Shown here: positions 25,688-25,957 of the stretch, piece by piece
Position numbering within the stretch: position 1 is the first letter of the stretch
Layout of the letters: each line of letters opens with the position of its first letter
DNA from: Candidatus Methylomirabilia bacterium
GTDB lineage: Bacteria; Methylomirabilota; Methylomirabilia; Rokubacteriales; CSP1-6
Direction: 5' to 3'
NCBI GenBank assembly: GCA_041492755.1
Contig: JBGPXN010000061.1
Location: 1 to 25,957, forward strand
Length of the DNA: 25,957 bases
Program-made: the position numbers and the translations under genes
The notes under the pieces: model-generated
Database searches by the model: none
Told to the model about the DNA's origin: nothing
What the model saw: only the letters and a program-made list of their open reading frames with translations

Positions 25688-25957
25688 GTGAACTTCGGGC
25701 TCTTCTACTACTGCCAGGGGCGAGGCGTCCCCCACGATCAGGCGTACGCCGAGATGCTCGATCAGATCGCCCGGGCCGAGACGCTCGGCTTCGACGAGTG
25801 CTGGTTCGCCGAGCACCACTTCACCGACTATTCCGTGCTGCCCAGTCCCAACTTGATGATCGCCGCCGCCTTGCAGCGCACCGCGCGCATGCGCTTCGGC
25901 AACTACGTCAACGCGCTGCCTTTCCACCATCCGCTCCGGCTGGCCGCCGAGGCGGCC
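25688..25957 (+). CDS. LLM-class flavin-dependent oxidoreductase (5' part, runs off window)
   Basis: VNFGLFY..AETLGFDECWFAEHHF..PSPNLMIAAALQRT.RMRFG..LPFHHPLRLAAEA; TAGGAT 6 nt upstream of GTG. Confidence 0.9.
   Translation, partial: MNFGLFYYCQGRGVPHDQAYAEMLDQIARAETLGFDECWFAEHHFTDYSVLPSPNLMIAAALQRTARMRFGNYVNALPFHHPLRLAAEAA

Overview
High-GC (~70% by eye) bacterial window. Gene families and REP-like GC hairpins suggest Candidatus Rokubacteria/Methylomirabilota (inference only). Left (1.1-11.6 kb): an intact nitrogen-compound uptake/catabolism block (NitT/TauT-type ABC transporter, metal-dependent deaminase, AtzG/GatC-like small protein coupled to an amidase, Liv-type ABC operon). Middle (11.7-21.7 kb): a mosaic of about ten gene remnants (dadA, proline racemase, LLM oxidoreductase, two adenylate cyclase pieces, pdxH, ABC binding-protein signal peptide, esterase, sucB, thiolase, DUF35) abutting at abrupt junctions. 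Intact genes are interleaved (PQQ sugar dehydrogenase, orphan histidine kinase, mobile mystery A/B, outer-membrane barrel). The remnant order looks like a circularly permuted sucB-esterase-pdxH-cyclase locus, and two junctions fall inside REP-like elements. Right: MNT-HEPN toxin-antitoxin pair, fhs, and a divergent unusual cobalt nitrile-hydratase/thiocyanate-hydrolase-like pair. Its alpha chain carries a ~140-aa N-terminal extension of three ~58-aa repeats, and its beta partner is only the SH3-like C-terminal domain. This enzyme architecture is the best candidate for an undescribed system. No tRNA, rRNA, CRISPR array, integrase or transposase was recognised.
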